In this document: piece by piece, positions 29,165-38,927 of the stretch
Layout: each line of letters starts with the position of its first letter
Numbering within the stretch: the stretch's first letter is position 1
Origin: Fervidobacterium sp.
Lineage (GTDB): Bacteria > Thermotogota > Thermotogae > Thermotogales > Fervidobacteriaceae
Reading direction: 5' to 3'
Length of the DNA: 64,000 nt
Assembly: GCA_049970055.1 (NCBI GenBank)
Contig: JBMFNR010000002.1
Coordinates: 52,406-116,405 of the forward strand
Made by a program: the position numbers and the translations under genes
The notes under the pieces: generated by a model
What the model saw: only the letters and a program-made list of their open reading frames with translations
What the model was told of the DNA's origin: nothing
The model's database searches: none

Positions 29165-29995
29165 ATGAAAAGGTTCATTATTGGTATGTTGATGTTGATT
29201 TTCTCAGTTGTTATGTTCTCGTCTCAAACACTTGTTATCAAAGGTTCAAACACGCTTCTTGATGTAGCGCAGATGTGGGTGGAAGAGTTTAACAAGCTCT
29301 ATCCAGATGTAAAAGTTACACTTGAAGGTGCAGGTAGCTCAACAGGAATTGCCGCTCTGTTTAACGGTACAACGGATGTAGCAAATTCCAGTAGATGGTT
29401 TAAAGACGCTGAAATTCAGTCTATGTTTCAACAGAAAAAGTGGTTTGCACCGATACTTGTTGCTTGGGATGGTATCGCGATAGTTGTACATAAAGATATA
29501 AATTTAAGTAACATAACTGTTCAGCAGCTCAAAGACATCTACACTGGTAGGATAACAAGGTGGAATCAGATCGATCCTAATTTACCAGCGAAAGATATAG
29601 TAGTATTCTCAAGAAATACAGCATCAGGTACTTTTGAAGTCTTTAAGGAAAGGGTACTTGGAGAAGAAAAAATGTCCCCAAGGGTTAGAATGCTTGAATC
29701 ATCGATGGCAGAGTTAGAAACTGTTGCAAAAACACCATATTCAATCGCTTACTTTGGTGTAGGTTACGTTGATCCAAACATGGTGAAAGTGATCCAAGTG
29801 AATGGTATAGCACCATCTAAGCAAAATATCTTGGCAGGTAAATACCCACTCTCAAGGCCTCTATTTGTGTTCATAGATGTGACAAAAGGTTGGCCAGAAG
29901 AAGGACCTATCAGTTATTATTTGAAATTCATCATGTCGAAGAAAGGTCAGGAAATAGTTGAAAAAGCAGGTTTCGTCGCAGCGTTAGGTCAGTAA
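29165..29995 (+). CDS. pstS: Phosphate ABC transporter substrate-binding protein
   Basis: KGSNT, GSSTGI, ANSSR, RNTASGT and YPLSRPLF motifs; ATG 29165 after GGAGGTGA. Confidence 0.93.
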   Translation: MKRFIIGMLMLIFSVVMFSSQTLVIKGSNTLLDVAQMWVEEFNKLYPDVKVTLEGAGSSTGIAALFNGTTDVANSSRWFKDAEIQSMFQQKKWFAPILVAWDGIAIVVHKDINLSNITVQQLKDIYTGRITRWNQIDPNLPAKDIVVFSRNTASGTFEVFKERVLGEEKMSPRVRMLESSMAELETVAKTPYSIAYFGVGYVDPNMVKVIQVNGIAPSKQNILAGKYPLSRPLFVFIDVTKGWPEEGPISYYLKFIMSKKGQEIVEKAGFVAALGQ

Positions 29996-30114
29996 TAGGT
30001 CAATAAAAATTCAAGAAAATTTAAGCTTTCAAATGAGATTTTCTATAGAAATCATGCTGTAAAAATTAAAAGATAGAAGGGATAAGAAAATAAAAATATA
30101 GGAAGGAGTTCCCT

Positions 30115-30978
30115 ATGCGTCGAGAAATGAAAGATAGACTTAGAAAGACTTTCCTAATTCTTCCTTCTGTGCTTACGATAGGTGCTCTCTTTGGTATATA
30201 TACTTACATTATTAAAGAATCTTTTCCTGCCCTAAAAAACGTCGGGGCGGCTCTTTTCTTTTCAGATCAATGGTACCCGGTATGGGATCCACCCGAGTTC
30301 GGCATGAGGGCACTTATCGTAAATTCTTTGCTTGTGACGTTTTTAGGATCTTTATTAGTTATTCCCGTGGCTTACTTTGTGGCAATCTATCTACATGGCT
30401 TTGCAACAAACCGCGAAAAGAATATCTTACGTCGCATTTTTGAATACCTTTCAGGTATACCTTCTGTCGTAGTTGCGTTCGTGTTTTTAGATTTTCTCAG
30501 CCCGTTATTTCCAAAACTTGGGATTTATTCTCCTCAAAACTTGTTACTTGCACTCATCGGATTATTCTTTCTAACTATACCTATTGCAACTATTCTCATT
30601 CTTGAATCTTTGGATAACGTCCCAAAAGAACTCGAGGAGGCAAGTACGGCACTTGGAGCAAACGAGTTTAAAACTTATACAAGAGTTACAACTAAAGCTG
30701 CACTATCTGGTATTTTGAATGCTGTAGTTCTAACGGCAAATAGAATCGTTGGCGAGACGATTGTTGTGCTTTTACTCGGCGGTGGTGCCCCGATGATTCC
30801 ACAAAAATTGACAGACCCGATGAAAACATTAACAGCGGCGATTGCTAGTGAAATGCCGGAAGCGGCAAAAGGTTCTATGCATTACTATACGCTCTTTGCA
30901 GCAGGATTTATACTAATTCTTTTCTCAACGATATTTGAAATGATCGCTGTAAACATTTTAAGGAGGCAGAAAAGATGA
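30115..30978 (+). CDS. pstC: Phosphate ABC permease
   Basis: GIPSVV, EEASTALGA, RIVGET and TLTAAIASEM motifs. Confidence 0.92.
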   Translation: MRREMKDRLRKTFLILPSVLTIGALFGIYTYIIKESFPALKNVGAALFFSDQWYPVWDPPEFGMRALIVNSLLVTFLGSLLVIPVAYFVAIYLHGFATNREKNILRRIFEYLSGIPSVVVAFVFLDFLSPLFPKLGIYSPQNLLLALIGLFFLTIPIATILILESLDNVPKELEEASTALGANEFKTYTRVTTKAALSGILNAVVLTANRIVGETIVVLLLGGGAPMIPQKLTDPMKTLTAAIASEMPEAAKGSMHYYTLFAAGFILILFSTIFEMIAVNILRRQKR

Positions 30979-31817
30979 ATTTAACACAAAGCATGATGAG
31001 TAAAAAAAATAAGAGAATACAGAATTTATTAAAAACCATAAGTTACATTATTTCCGGAATGATTATAGTGCTTTTTGTTCTTGCTGCGGCTCCAGGCTTG
31101 AAATATTGGAACTTGGAGTTTTTTACCGATTTTCCAATGGAAGGAATGACAAAAGGAGGAATATTCCCAGCAATTTTGGGATCGTTCTTGCTAACTTTTA
31201 CTGCTCTGGCGATATCTATACCACTTGGTGTTCTGTTGGGGATTGTGCTTTCTGAGTACAATTTCCCGTACATAAAATTTGCAGTAACAGTTTTAAGTGG
31301 TATCCCTTCTGTAGTTTATGGACTTTTCGGACTTGGTTTGTTCTGTATAACTATGGGAATGCGTACTTCAATATTGGCAGGTAGCTTGACTTTATCTTTG
31401 ATGGTTCTACCATTCATTTCTTCTTCCGTATATGAAGTTATGAAGTCTATTCCCAACGAACTGCGTGAAGCTGCGTATGGACTTGGTGCCCGAAAGAGCG
31501 AAGTGATCTTTGATATGCTACTTCCCTCTGTTAAAAAGTCGATTATAACGGTTTCATTAGTATCAGCGGGAAGGGTAATCGGTGAAACTGCTCCATTGAT
31601 ACTCACAGCTGCTGTTTTTTACGCTACAACTTTACCTAAGAATTTGCTTTCTCCCGTTATGACGTTACCAACACATCTGTATTTCTTAGCTGCAGCGTAT
31701 GGGGAAAAGGCACGTTGGATGGCAGAAGGGACAAATTCAGTTCTGATACTATTTGTAATTCTTATTTACACAATAGCATTTGCTTTGAGGAGGGACACAA
31801 ATGAACGATCAAAATAA
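30975..31817 (+). CDS. pstA: Phosphate ABC permease
   Basis: GGIFPAILGS, GIPSVVYGLFG and GETAPL motifs. Confidence 0.92.
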   Translation: MNLTQSMMSKKNKRIQNLLKTISYIISGMIIVLFVLAAAPGLKYWNLEFFTDFPMEGMTKGGIFPAILGSFLLTFTALAISIPLGVLLGIVLSEYNFPYIKFAVTVLSGIPSVVYGLFGLGLFCITMGMRTSILAGSLTLSLMVLPFISSSVYEVMKSIPNELREAAYGLGARKSEVIFDMLLPSVKKSIITVSLVSAGRVIGETAPLILTAAVFYATTLPKNLLSPVMTLPTHLYFLAAAYGEKARWMAEGTNSVLILFVILIYTIAFALRRDTNERSK

Positions 31818-32568
31818 TGTGGTACTGCAAATTAAGAACTTTAGTGCATATTACGGTTCAAAGAAGGTAGTGAAAAGTGCAAATCTAAAGATAGAAAAAA
31901 ACAAAATCACGGCAATAATGGGACCATCCGGTTGCGGCAAGTCAACTCTATTAAGGAGTATTAACAGGATCAACGACTTGATACCTGAGTTTAAAGTTGA
32001 AGGTGAGATATTATTCCACGAAAAAAATATCTACGACAAAGATGTTGACATATATGCACTTAGAAGACGTATTGGTATGGTTTTTCAAAAACCTACGCCA
32101 TTTCCAATGTCGATATACGACAATATAGCGTACGGGTTGAAGCTCATCGGAATAACTGATAAAAAAGAGCTAAAAGAAAAGGTTCGGTGGTCACTCGAAA
32201 AGGCCGCACTTTGGGACGAGGTTAAAGATGATTTAGAAAAAAGCGCACTCAAGCTATCGGGTGGTCAGCAACAGAGGTTATGTATTGCAAGAGCGATCGC
32301 CGTTGAACCCGAGGTGATTTTGTTCGATGAACCAACAAGCGCATTAGATCCGGTTGCTACACAAAAGATTGAAAACCTTATCGAAGAATTATCGCAAGAA
32401 TTCACAATAATCGTAGTAACGCACAATATTGGTCAAGCCTCAAGGATTTCGGATTATACACTTTTTATGTACCAAGGGGAAATAATAGAACAAAATAATA
32501 CTTCAGAAATTTTGCGTAACCCACAACACGAGATCACACAACAGTTTTTAAGTGGTAAAATAGGTTAA
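31801..32568 (+). CDS. pstB: Phosphate ABC ATPase
   Basis: GPSGCGKST, GMVFQKPTPFPMSIYDNI, LSGGQQQRLCIAR and DEPTSALDP motifs. Confidence 0.96.
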   Translation: MNDQNNVVLQIKNFSAYYGSKKVVKSANLKIEKNKITAIMGPSGCGKSTLLRSINRINDLIPEFKVEGEILFHEKNIYDKDVDIYALRRRIGMVFQKPTPFPMSIYDNIAYGLKLIGITDKKELKEKVRWSLEKAALWDEVKDDLEKSALKLSGGQQQRLCIARAIAVEPEVILFDEPTSALDPVATQKIENLIEELSQEFTIIVVTHNIGQASRISDYTLFMYQGEIIEQNNTSEILRNPQHEITQQFLSGKIG

Positions 32569-32588
32569 GAAAGTGAGGTGAAATAGCT

Positions 32589-33236
32589 ATGACTGAACAG
32601 ACGCGTCATTTTGAAAAGGAGTTTTCTTTACTTCGTGCAGAACTTGTTAAAATGGTTTCATTGGTTAGTGACTCGGTTGATCTGGCATCAAAGTCTTTTG
32701 AAAATTTAGACAAAAACATTGCAAAAAAGGTTATTGAACTTGACAATGAGATAGATAATCTGAATAGAGAAATAGAAAACCTCGTCTTTGAAATAATCGC
32801 AAGGTTTAATCCACTTGGAAAGGAACTTAGATACGTCGTCGCCGCAGTGAAACTTGCAAATAATCTCGAAAGAATTGCAGACCACGCGTGTAATTTCGCC
32901 GAAAGAACAATTTGGATAATACAGAATATCGCGGATTTTAAACCTTCCCTACTTGTCAAGGAAATGTTTGGTACAGTTATCAATATGCTCCAAAAAACAG
33001 TGATTGCGTTCTCCAAGAGAGATATAAATCTTGCCATAGAAACGTGGAAAATGGATGATGTAGTAGATGAACTTGACAGGAAGATAATTAACGATGTTGA
33101 AGGGATTGAACCCCATACACTTGTTTTATATGTACTATTTTCAAGAGATCTTGAACGTATTGCAGACCACCTTACAAATGTGTGTGAAGAGATAGTCTTT
33201 ATCGAAACAGGAAAGGAGCTGAAAGCTCTTCTATGA
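32589..33236 (+). CDS. phoU: Phosphate signalling protein PhoU
   Basis: Two LERIADH repeats. Confidence 0.94.
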   Translation: MTEQTRHFEKEFSLLRAELVKMVSLVSDSVDLASKSFENLDKNIAKKVIELDNEIDNLNREIENLVFEIIARFNPLGKELRYVVAAVKLANNLERIADHACNFAERTIWIIQNIADFKPSLLVKEMFGTVINMLQKTVIAFSKRDINLAIETWKMDDVVDELDRKIINDVEGIEPHTLVLYVLFSRDLERIADHLTNVCEEIVFIETGKELKALL

Positions 33237-33919
33237 ATGTGCTAATTGTTGAAGACGAACGTGTGATTGCCGAAAGTTTGCAAAGGTTATTGAAAAGTGA
33301 AGGATTCGATTGCGACCTGGCTGGCGGAATCAATGAGATGTACAAAAAACTTGAGAATAATACATACGATGTCATTTTACTCGATTTGATGCTACCAGAT
33401 GGAAACGCGATTAACGAGATTCAAACACTTAGAAGTGATTTCCCAGACACCGGAATTATTGTAATTTCCGCCAAAAATGCCGATATAGATAAGATACTTG
33501 GAATTGAACTTGGTGCCGATGATTACGTAGGGAAACCTTTTAATCCAAGAGAAGTTGTTGCACGCGTTAAGTCGTATTTAAGGCGTACAAAGGGATTAAG
33601 AGAGGTAATTAGATACGGCAAACTCGAAATATATCCATCTGATTACGTTGTTATGTACAATGGAAAACCCATTGAACTTACGTCCAAAGAATTTGCAATA
33701 CTACGATTACTAGCTCAGAGACCGGATAGAGTATTTTCTCGTGATGAGATCCTCGAGACTATATGGGTTGACGAATACGAGGTCTTCGATAGGGTTGTTG
33801 ATGTACACATAAACAGCCTGAGAAAAAAAATCGGAAAAAACTGGATCGTTACGGTAAGAGGGGTAGGATACAAATTCTCGAAAAAAGGAGATAAAGTATT
33901 GGATGAAAATAAGTGGTGA
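33233..33919 (+). CDS. OmpR/PhoB-family response regulator
   Basis: REC domain (DLMLPD, GADDY..KPF) plus winged helix (VDVHI..LRKKI, TVRGVGY); lies in the pst operon. Confidence 0.92.
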   Translation: MNVLIVEDERVIAESLQRLLKSEGFDCDLAGGINEMYKKLENNTYDVILLDLMLPDGNAINEIQTLRSDFPDTGIIVISAKNADIDKILGIELGADDYVGKPFNPREVVARVKSYLRRTKGLREVIRYGKLEIYPSDYVVMYNGKPIELTSKEFAILRLLAQRPDRVFSRDEILETIWVDEYEVFDRVVDVHINSLRKKIGKNWIVTVRGVGYKFSKKGDKVLDENKW

Positions 33920-34874
33920 GCTTAGAAGTATTTTAAATGCTATTGATGATGCTATTTTCATACTTGAACAGTCGAACATAGTTTTCGCTAACAAAGGTGC
34001 TGAAAGTTACTTTGGAGAGTGCGAAGGAAGTAACATTCTTGACTTTCTGATTTTTGAAAAATCTACCATTCTGGTAGAAGCTATACACGAGATGAAGCCT
34101 GTGGATTTTGAATCAAAAGTCTTTCTCACCAAACGTGGAGGATGGGGTAGTTTTCATTTTAAGTACGTACCTCAATCTCAGACTCTCATATTAAAAGACA
34201 TCACACTTGCCAAAAACGTTGAAGAAGCAAAAGTAAATATGTCTGTACTGATCTCTCACGAGTTGAAGACACCTATTGGAGCTATGAAAGTTTTTCTTTC
34301 TGATTTATTAGAAAACGAAGAAGAGAAAGAAAAAATTGGAAAACTATGGGAGATTGCTAAGCAAGTCCAAAGACTCGAAAGGATAATACAACAAATCGAG
34401 TACATTACGATGGCACAACTTGGAATTTACGAGCCAAAAAAGGAACATGTAAACGTACATAAGATACTTTCAGAAGTACTTGAAGATGTTGAAGAGTTAG
34501 TGAAGGCAAAGAATATAAGGATTGAAACGAAGGTCTCCACAAAGTTTATTAACACTGATGTGTTTATTTTTCGAACGATACTGAAAAACCTACTTTCCAA
34601 CGCGATAAAGTACTCATTTGATAATTCAACAGTTATCGTCGATATATCTGACGAAAGGTTAATCGTTCAGGATTTCGGCGTCGGAGTGGCCGATTCTGAG
34701 AAGGAGAAAATATTCGAAAGGTTCTATAGAACACCAACGGCTGTAAAAATGGCCTCAGGATCTGGACTTGGCTTATCAGTTGTTAAGCATCTTGCAAATG
34801 TTGTGAATTACAAAATTGAATTTGAGTCTCAACATCTAATAGGAACTAAGGTAAGTGTGTGGTTCCAAAGTTAA
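33903..34874 (+). CDS. Sensor histidine kinase (PhoR-like, no TM segments)
   Basis: SHELKTP, NLLSNAIKY, DFGVG, FERFYR and GSGLGL motifs; PAS-like N-terminus. Confidence 0.9.
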   Translation: MKISGELRSILNAIDDAIFILEQSNIVFANKGAESYFGECEGSNILDFLIFEKSTILVEAIHEMKPVDFESKVFLTKRGGWGSFHFKYVPQSQTLILKDITLAKNVEEAKVNMSVLISHELKTPIGAMKVFLSDLLENEEEKEKIGKLWEIAKQVQRLERIIQQIEYITMAQLGIYEPKKEHVNVHKILSEVLEDVEELVKAKNIRIETKVSTKFINTDVFIFRTILKNLLSNAIKYSFDNSTVIVDISDERLIVQDFGVGVADSEKEKIFERFYRTPTAVKMASGSGLGLSVVKHLANVVNYKIEFESQHLIGTKVSVWFQS

Positions 34875-34943
34875 ATTTAACAGCAAGTCTCTCCTCAATA
34901 CCCTCTGTGATAAAATGTACCAAACGAACAATAAAAAAATAAC

Positions 34944-34968
34944 AAAACACCCCTGTTGGGGTGTTTTT
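34944..34968. terminator. Bidirectional terminator
   Basis: AAAACACCCC-tgtt-GGGGTGTTTT. Confidence 0.85.
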
Positions 34969-34990
34969 CATGTATTTCAATTTTGTATTT

Positions 34991-37063
34991 TTACTCATCT
35001 TCCTCTTGTTCTTCTTGTTCATCTTCTACAATAGCTGTTAGTTTTCTTGGAACTTTCTTTATGATGTAAAATTCTAATTCGTCACCTTCTTTTACATCGT
35101 CAAAGTTTAAGAACTTAATTCCACATTCCTGGGGAGCACTAACTTTGCTTACGTCTTGTTGGTAGTGTTTTAGCGATTCAATTTTCCCTTCAAATACCAG
35201 AGAACCGTTTCTGTACAACCTAACAAATCCAGATTTTTCTACGTAACCATCGTACATTTGTACACCTGCAATGTTACCAAACTTGTGTATTTTAAATACT
35301 TTCTTTATTTCACCACTTCCAGTTTTTTCTTCCACTTCCTCTGGTTCAAGCATACCTTCAAGTGCAGCTTTCAGTTCTTCGAGAAGTTTGTATATGATTG
35401 TGTATGTTTTGATCTGTACACCTTCGCTTTCCGCCAATCTCGAGGCCTGGCTATCTGCTTTTACCCTAAAACCAAGTATGATGGCCTCAGATGCACTGGC
35501 AAGCATAACATCACTTGAATTTATTGCACCGACCGCTCCATGTACAATTTCTATGTCGATCTCGTTTGTTCGTAGCTTCGCAATCGCGTTTCGAAGAGCT
35601 TGCAAAGAACCAACGGTATCTGCTTTAATTATAAGTTTCAGTTCCCGCTTTTCCTCTTCTTGCATTTTTTTCAGTATCTCTTCGAGCTTTACTTGTCGCT
35701 TTTTCCTTAATTCGCGGGCTTCAATTTCTTTGACTTTTTCAACGATCTCCAAGGCTCTTTCTTTAGATTCAACAACGTAGATTATACTGTGCGGATCGGG
35801 AAGTTCCTCAAAACCAACGATCATGACTGGTGTTGATGGCTCAGCTTCTTTTAATCTCCTTCCCTTGTCGTCTATGAGTGCTTTGACTTTCCCAAGCACC
35901 TTACCAGCAATGATGTAATCACCAACTTTTAAAACACCATCTTTAACTATAGCATTGGCAACGGGTCCGTAGCCTTTATCAAGTCTTGTTTCAATTGTAA
36001 CCGCCCTGACCGGTTCATCTGGTATGCATCTTATATCCTGCATTTCGGCAACAAGGAGTATCATTTCAAGTAGTGTATCTATGTTTATTCCATTTCTTGC
36101 GGAAATCGGAACAACTATTGTATCTCCACCCCAATCTTCCGGTATTAAGTTCAACTTTGTTACAAGCTCTTGTTTTGTCATATCTACATTCGCGTTTGGC
36201 TTATCAATTTTGTTTATAGCTACGATTATCGGTACATTCGCAGACTTTGCATGATTGTATGCTTCAATCGTTTGAGGCATAACACCATCATCAGCTGCAA
36301 CAACGAGAACAACTATATCCGTCGCTTGTGCGCCGCGTGCACGCATTTCTGTAAAAACTTCGTGTCCAGGTGTATCTATAAACGTTATTTTCTTGCCATT
36401 AACAATAACTTGATACGCACCAATACTTTGAGTGATTCCGCCTTCTTCTTTTTCAGCAACCTTCGTTTTTCTTATGTAATCCAAGAGAGTTGTTTTCCCA
36501 TGGTCAACATGGCCCATAACGGTGACAACCGGCGGTCTGTTCACAAGTTTCTCTTTATTATTTTGGTATATCTCATCGAAACGCCTTTTGAGTTCATCAA
36601 GCGGGTTTTCAAGTTGAACTAGTTCTTTCGTTTTTGTCTCATCTTCTTCAAATGTTAACCTAACATCGTACATTTTTGCTATTCTTTTTGCAAGCGAAAT
36701 AGAGATGGATTGACCAGGTTTGAGTACCTCGCCTTTCATGAAAAAATCTTGGATTATTCTATTTTGAGGTATCTTTATTTTTTCCGCAAATTTGTCAAGT
36801 TTTAAGTCTTCTTCTGTTATGTGAACAAGAGGCTTTTTTGTTTCCGCCTTCTCTTTAGACGGTTCACGAGATTTTGCAAGTGTCAATTCCTCCTCTTCAT
36901 CAAGAGTTTGCTTATATATATCAAGGAGTATGTTCACCGTCTCTTCATCGATGAAGCTCATGTGACTTTTAACTTCAATACCAAGTTCCTCCAACTCGTG
37001 GAGGAGTTCTTTCGTGTCCATATCTAATTGCTTTGCCAATTCGTATACCCTTAAGCGCGCCAA
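34991..37063 (-). CDS. infB: Translation initiation factor IF-2
   Basis: [22 protein letters not shown] and NKID motifs; start placed at TTG 37063 after GGAGGTG. Confidence 0.97.
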   Translation of the reverse strand: MARLRVYELAKQLDMDTKELLHELEELGIEVKSHMSFIDEETVNILLDIYKQTLDEEEELTLAKSREPSKEKAETKKPLVHITEEDLKLDKFAEKIKIPQNRIIQDFFMKGEVLKPGQSISISLAKRIAKMYDVRLTFEEDETKTKELVQLENPLDELKRRFDEIYQNNKEKLVNRPPVVTVMGHVDHGKTTLLDYIRKTKVAEKEEGGITQSIGAYQVIVNGKKITFIDTPGHEVFTEMRARGAQATDIVVLVVAADDGVMPQTIEAYNHAKSANVPIIVAINKIDKPNANVDMTKQELVTKLNLIPEDWGGDTIVVPISARNGINIDTLLEMILLVAEMQDIRCIPDEPVRAVTIETRLDKGYGPVANAIVKDGVLKVGDYIIAGKVLGKVKALIDDKGRRLKEAEPSTPVMIVGFEELPDPHSIIYVVESKERALEIVEKVKEIEARELRKKRQVKLEEILKKMQEEEKRELKLIIKADTVGSLQALRNAIAKLRTNEIDIEIVHGAVGAINSSDVMLASASEAIILGFRVKADSQASRLAESEGVQIKTYTIIYKLLEELKAALEGMLEPEEVEEKTGSGEIKKVFKIHKFGNIAGVQMYDGYVEKSGFVRLYRNGSLVFEGKIESLKHYQQDVSKVSAPQECGIKFLNFDDVKEGDELEFYIIKKVPRKLTAIVEDEQEEQEEDE

Positions 37064-37173
37064 TAAATCCACCTCCTTGGTTCTACATGGAATATTATAG
37101 CACATATTTTCAGTTTTATTTATCATGTTCAAGCAAATGAAAAAAATGTTCGAAATTCGTTAAAATTACCGCT

Positions 37174-38171
37174 CTATGATACAAATCTCATCTTTATATT
37201 GCCTTTTACAGCATCTACTTTTATCCATTCGAAAAACGCATTTATAGTATCTTCGACACTTCTTGGTTTGTAATCTATGGCCTCTTTCAATTTCTTATGT
37301 GAATAAGTATAGTTTAGTCTGAGCGTGTGGAGTGCATATGGTACGAATTCCACAGGAACGCCAAAAAGTGTATTTGCGGTAATCATCAAATAACTTACAA
37401 AATCAGCTGGAAGATCACTTAAAACTTTGTAATCCTTTGCCCCACAAAGTTTTGGCAAGTTTTCAAAATACAGATCATGTCCAGAAACGATGAATTTTTC
37501 GTGGTTTGTTTTTATATTTTTGTTAAATAATTCGTATAATTTGATAATGCTATTAGCAACATCTCTTACATCCACAAAGTCGAACTTGCCAGATACGGTA
37601 ACTCTCAATTTACCCTCTTTATATTTCACTAAAACCCTCGAAAAATACGACCATTTATAATCGTAAGGACCAAATATCCCAGTTGGAAAGACAATAAATC
37701 CATCTAAACCTTCTTTGAAGGCGTTTAAGACCATTTTTGTCGCTATCGCTTTCGATTTTCCATAATCTCCGACAATGTTATCTTCATCTATCGGTGTATC
37801 TTCGGTTATTTTTGAACCAGGACTAACTTCTGAGAATGCATGTACACTGCTGACGTATACCACAGGGATTTGTTTCTTTTTAGCAAAGTTTAATACATTT
37901 TCTGTTCCACCGACATTGACAGAATAAACGAGTTTACCCTGATATTTAGTTATAGATATGATCGAAGCAAGATGAAAGATAATATCGATACCTTTAAGAA
38001 CGTCTGATAAATCTTGACGAACATCGCCATAGACAACCTCAACGGGGACAAACTGCAATGAATAAAGATTATCTTTTGGGTGGACTAATACACGCACCTT
38101 CTCACCTTTTTCGACAAGGATCTAACTAAAACATTACCAAGGTGTCCCGTCCCGCCAGTAACTAAAATCAT
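37174..38171 (-). pseudogene. NAD-dependent epimerase/dehydratase (dihydroflavonol-reductase-like SDR), frameshifted after about 17 codons
   Basis: ATG 38171 gives MILVTGGTGHLGNVLVR and then leaves frame; the body (LVEKGEKVRVLV..HLAS..YGKSK..VDVRDVA) is in another frame. Confidence 0.75.
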
Positions 38172-38172
38172 T

Positions 38173-38613
38173 TCACTCATTTCTTATTGCCTTATTTGAA
38201 AAATCCAAAAGTGTATCGAAACTTTCGTTTAACTTCTGAACTTTCTCAGGTTCAAGTGATTTAAAAACACTTTCGATTATTTTGGAAAAAGATTTCAAGA
38301 AATTGTTGTAAATCTTCTTACCTTTCTCAGATAGACAAATGCGCGTAAATCTTCTATCAAGTTCATCCTCCACCATTTCTATTAGATCGCTTTTAGACAA
38401 TCTCTTTAAAGCCATACTTACTGTACTTCTTGAAATTCCAAGTTTTTTCGAAACTTCACTATTAAATACCCTTTGGTTTGTACCGATGAGCAAAAAGATA
38501 TACAACTCGGTTGTACTCATTTTTTCAAGTTCTGACACTTTTGGTATGAAGTTCACAAAATTCATTGTCATTTCCATAATCTTTTGGACAATCTCCTCAA
38601 CCTCCACTGTCAT
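38173..38613 (-). CDS. MarR-family transcriptional regulator
   Basis: wHTH ISRSTVSMALKRL..DELDRR..LSEKG. Confidence 0.9.
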   Translation of the reverse strand: MTVEVEEIVQKIMEMTMNFVNFIPKVSELEKMSTTELYIFLLIGTNQRVFNSEVSKKLGISRSTVSMALKRLSKSDLIEMVEDELDRRFTRICLSEKGKKIYNNFLKSFSKIIESVFKSLEPEKVQKLNESFDTLLDFSNKAIRNE

Positions 38614-38927
38614 ATTCTCACCTCTTTCTTACTAATGATCTATCCATAGTGAATTATAGTACACCATGATTCACACTATCGTACACTATTACATTAGGCC
38701 GTTCAAATTATAAATAGTTCAAAAAATAAATTATATGCCTTACAATTGCATTAGCATAGAGAAATTTTGAAATTTTCCTCTATAAGATACGCATACTAAC
38801 TAATTCTTACGTATACTCGCTTATTTTCCTCTATGATTTGTATTGCTATGTTTAGGTTTTAAACCTGCAAGAGTTAAAATTTTTCTGTATCTTTATCCTA
38901 TCATTTATATTAAAGGAGGCTCCACGT

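Noticed and set aside
37064..37132. N-terminal extensions in the ORF track (infB; likewise nadC, ferritin, pstS, glgP, hutU)
   Set aside because: Better SD-linked starts lie downstream; the extensions cover promoters or neighbouring genes
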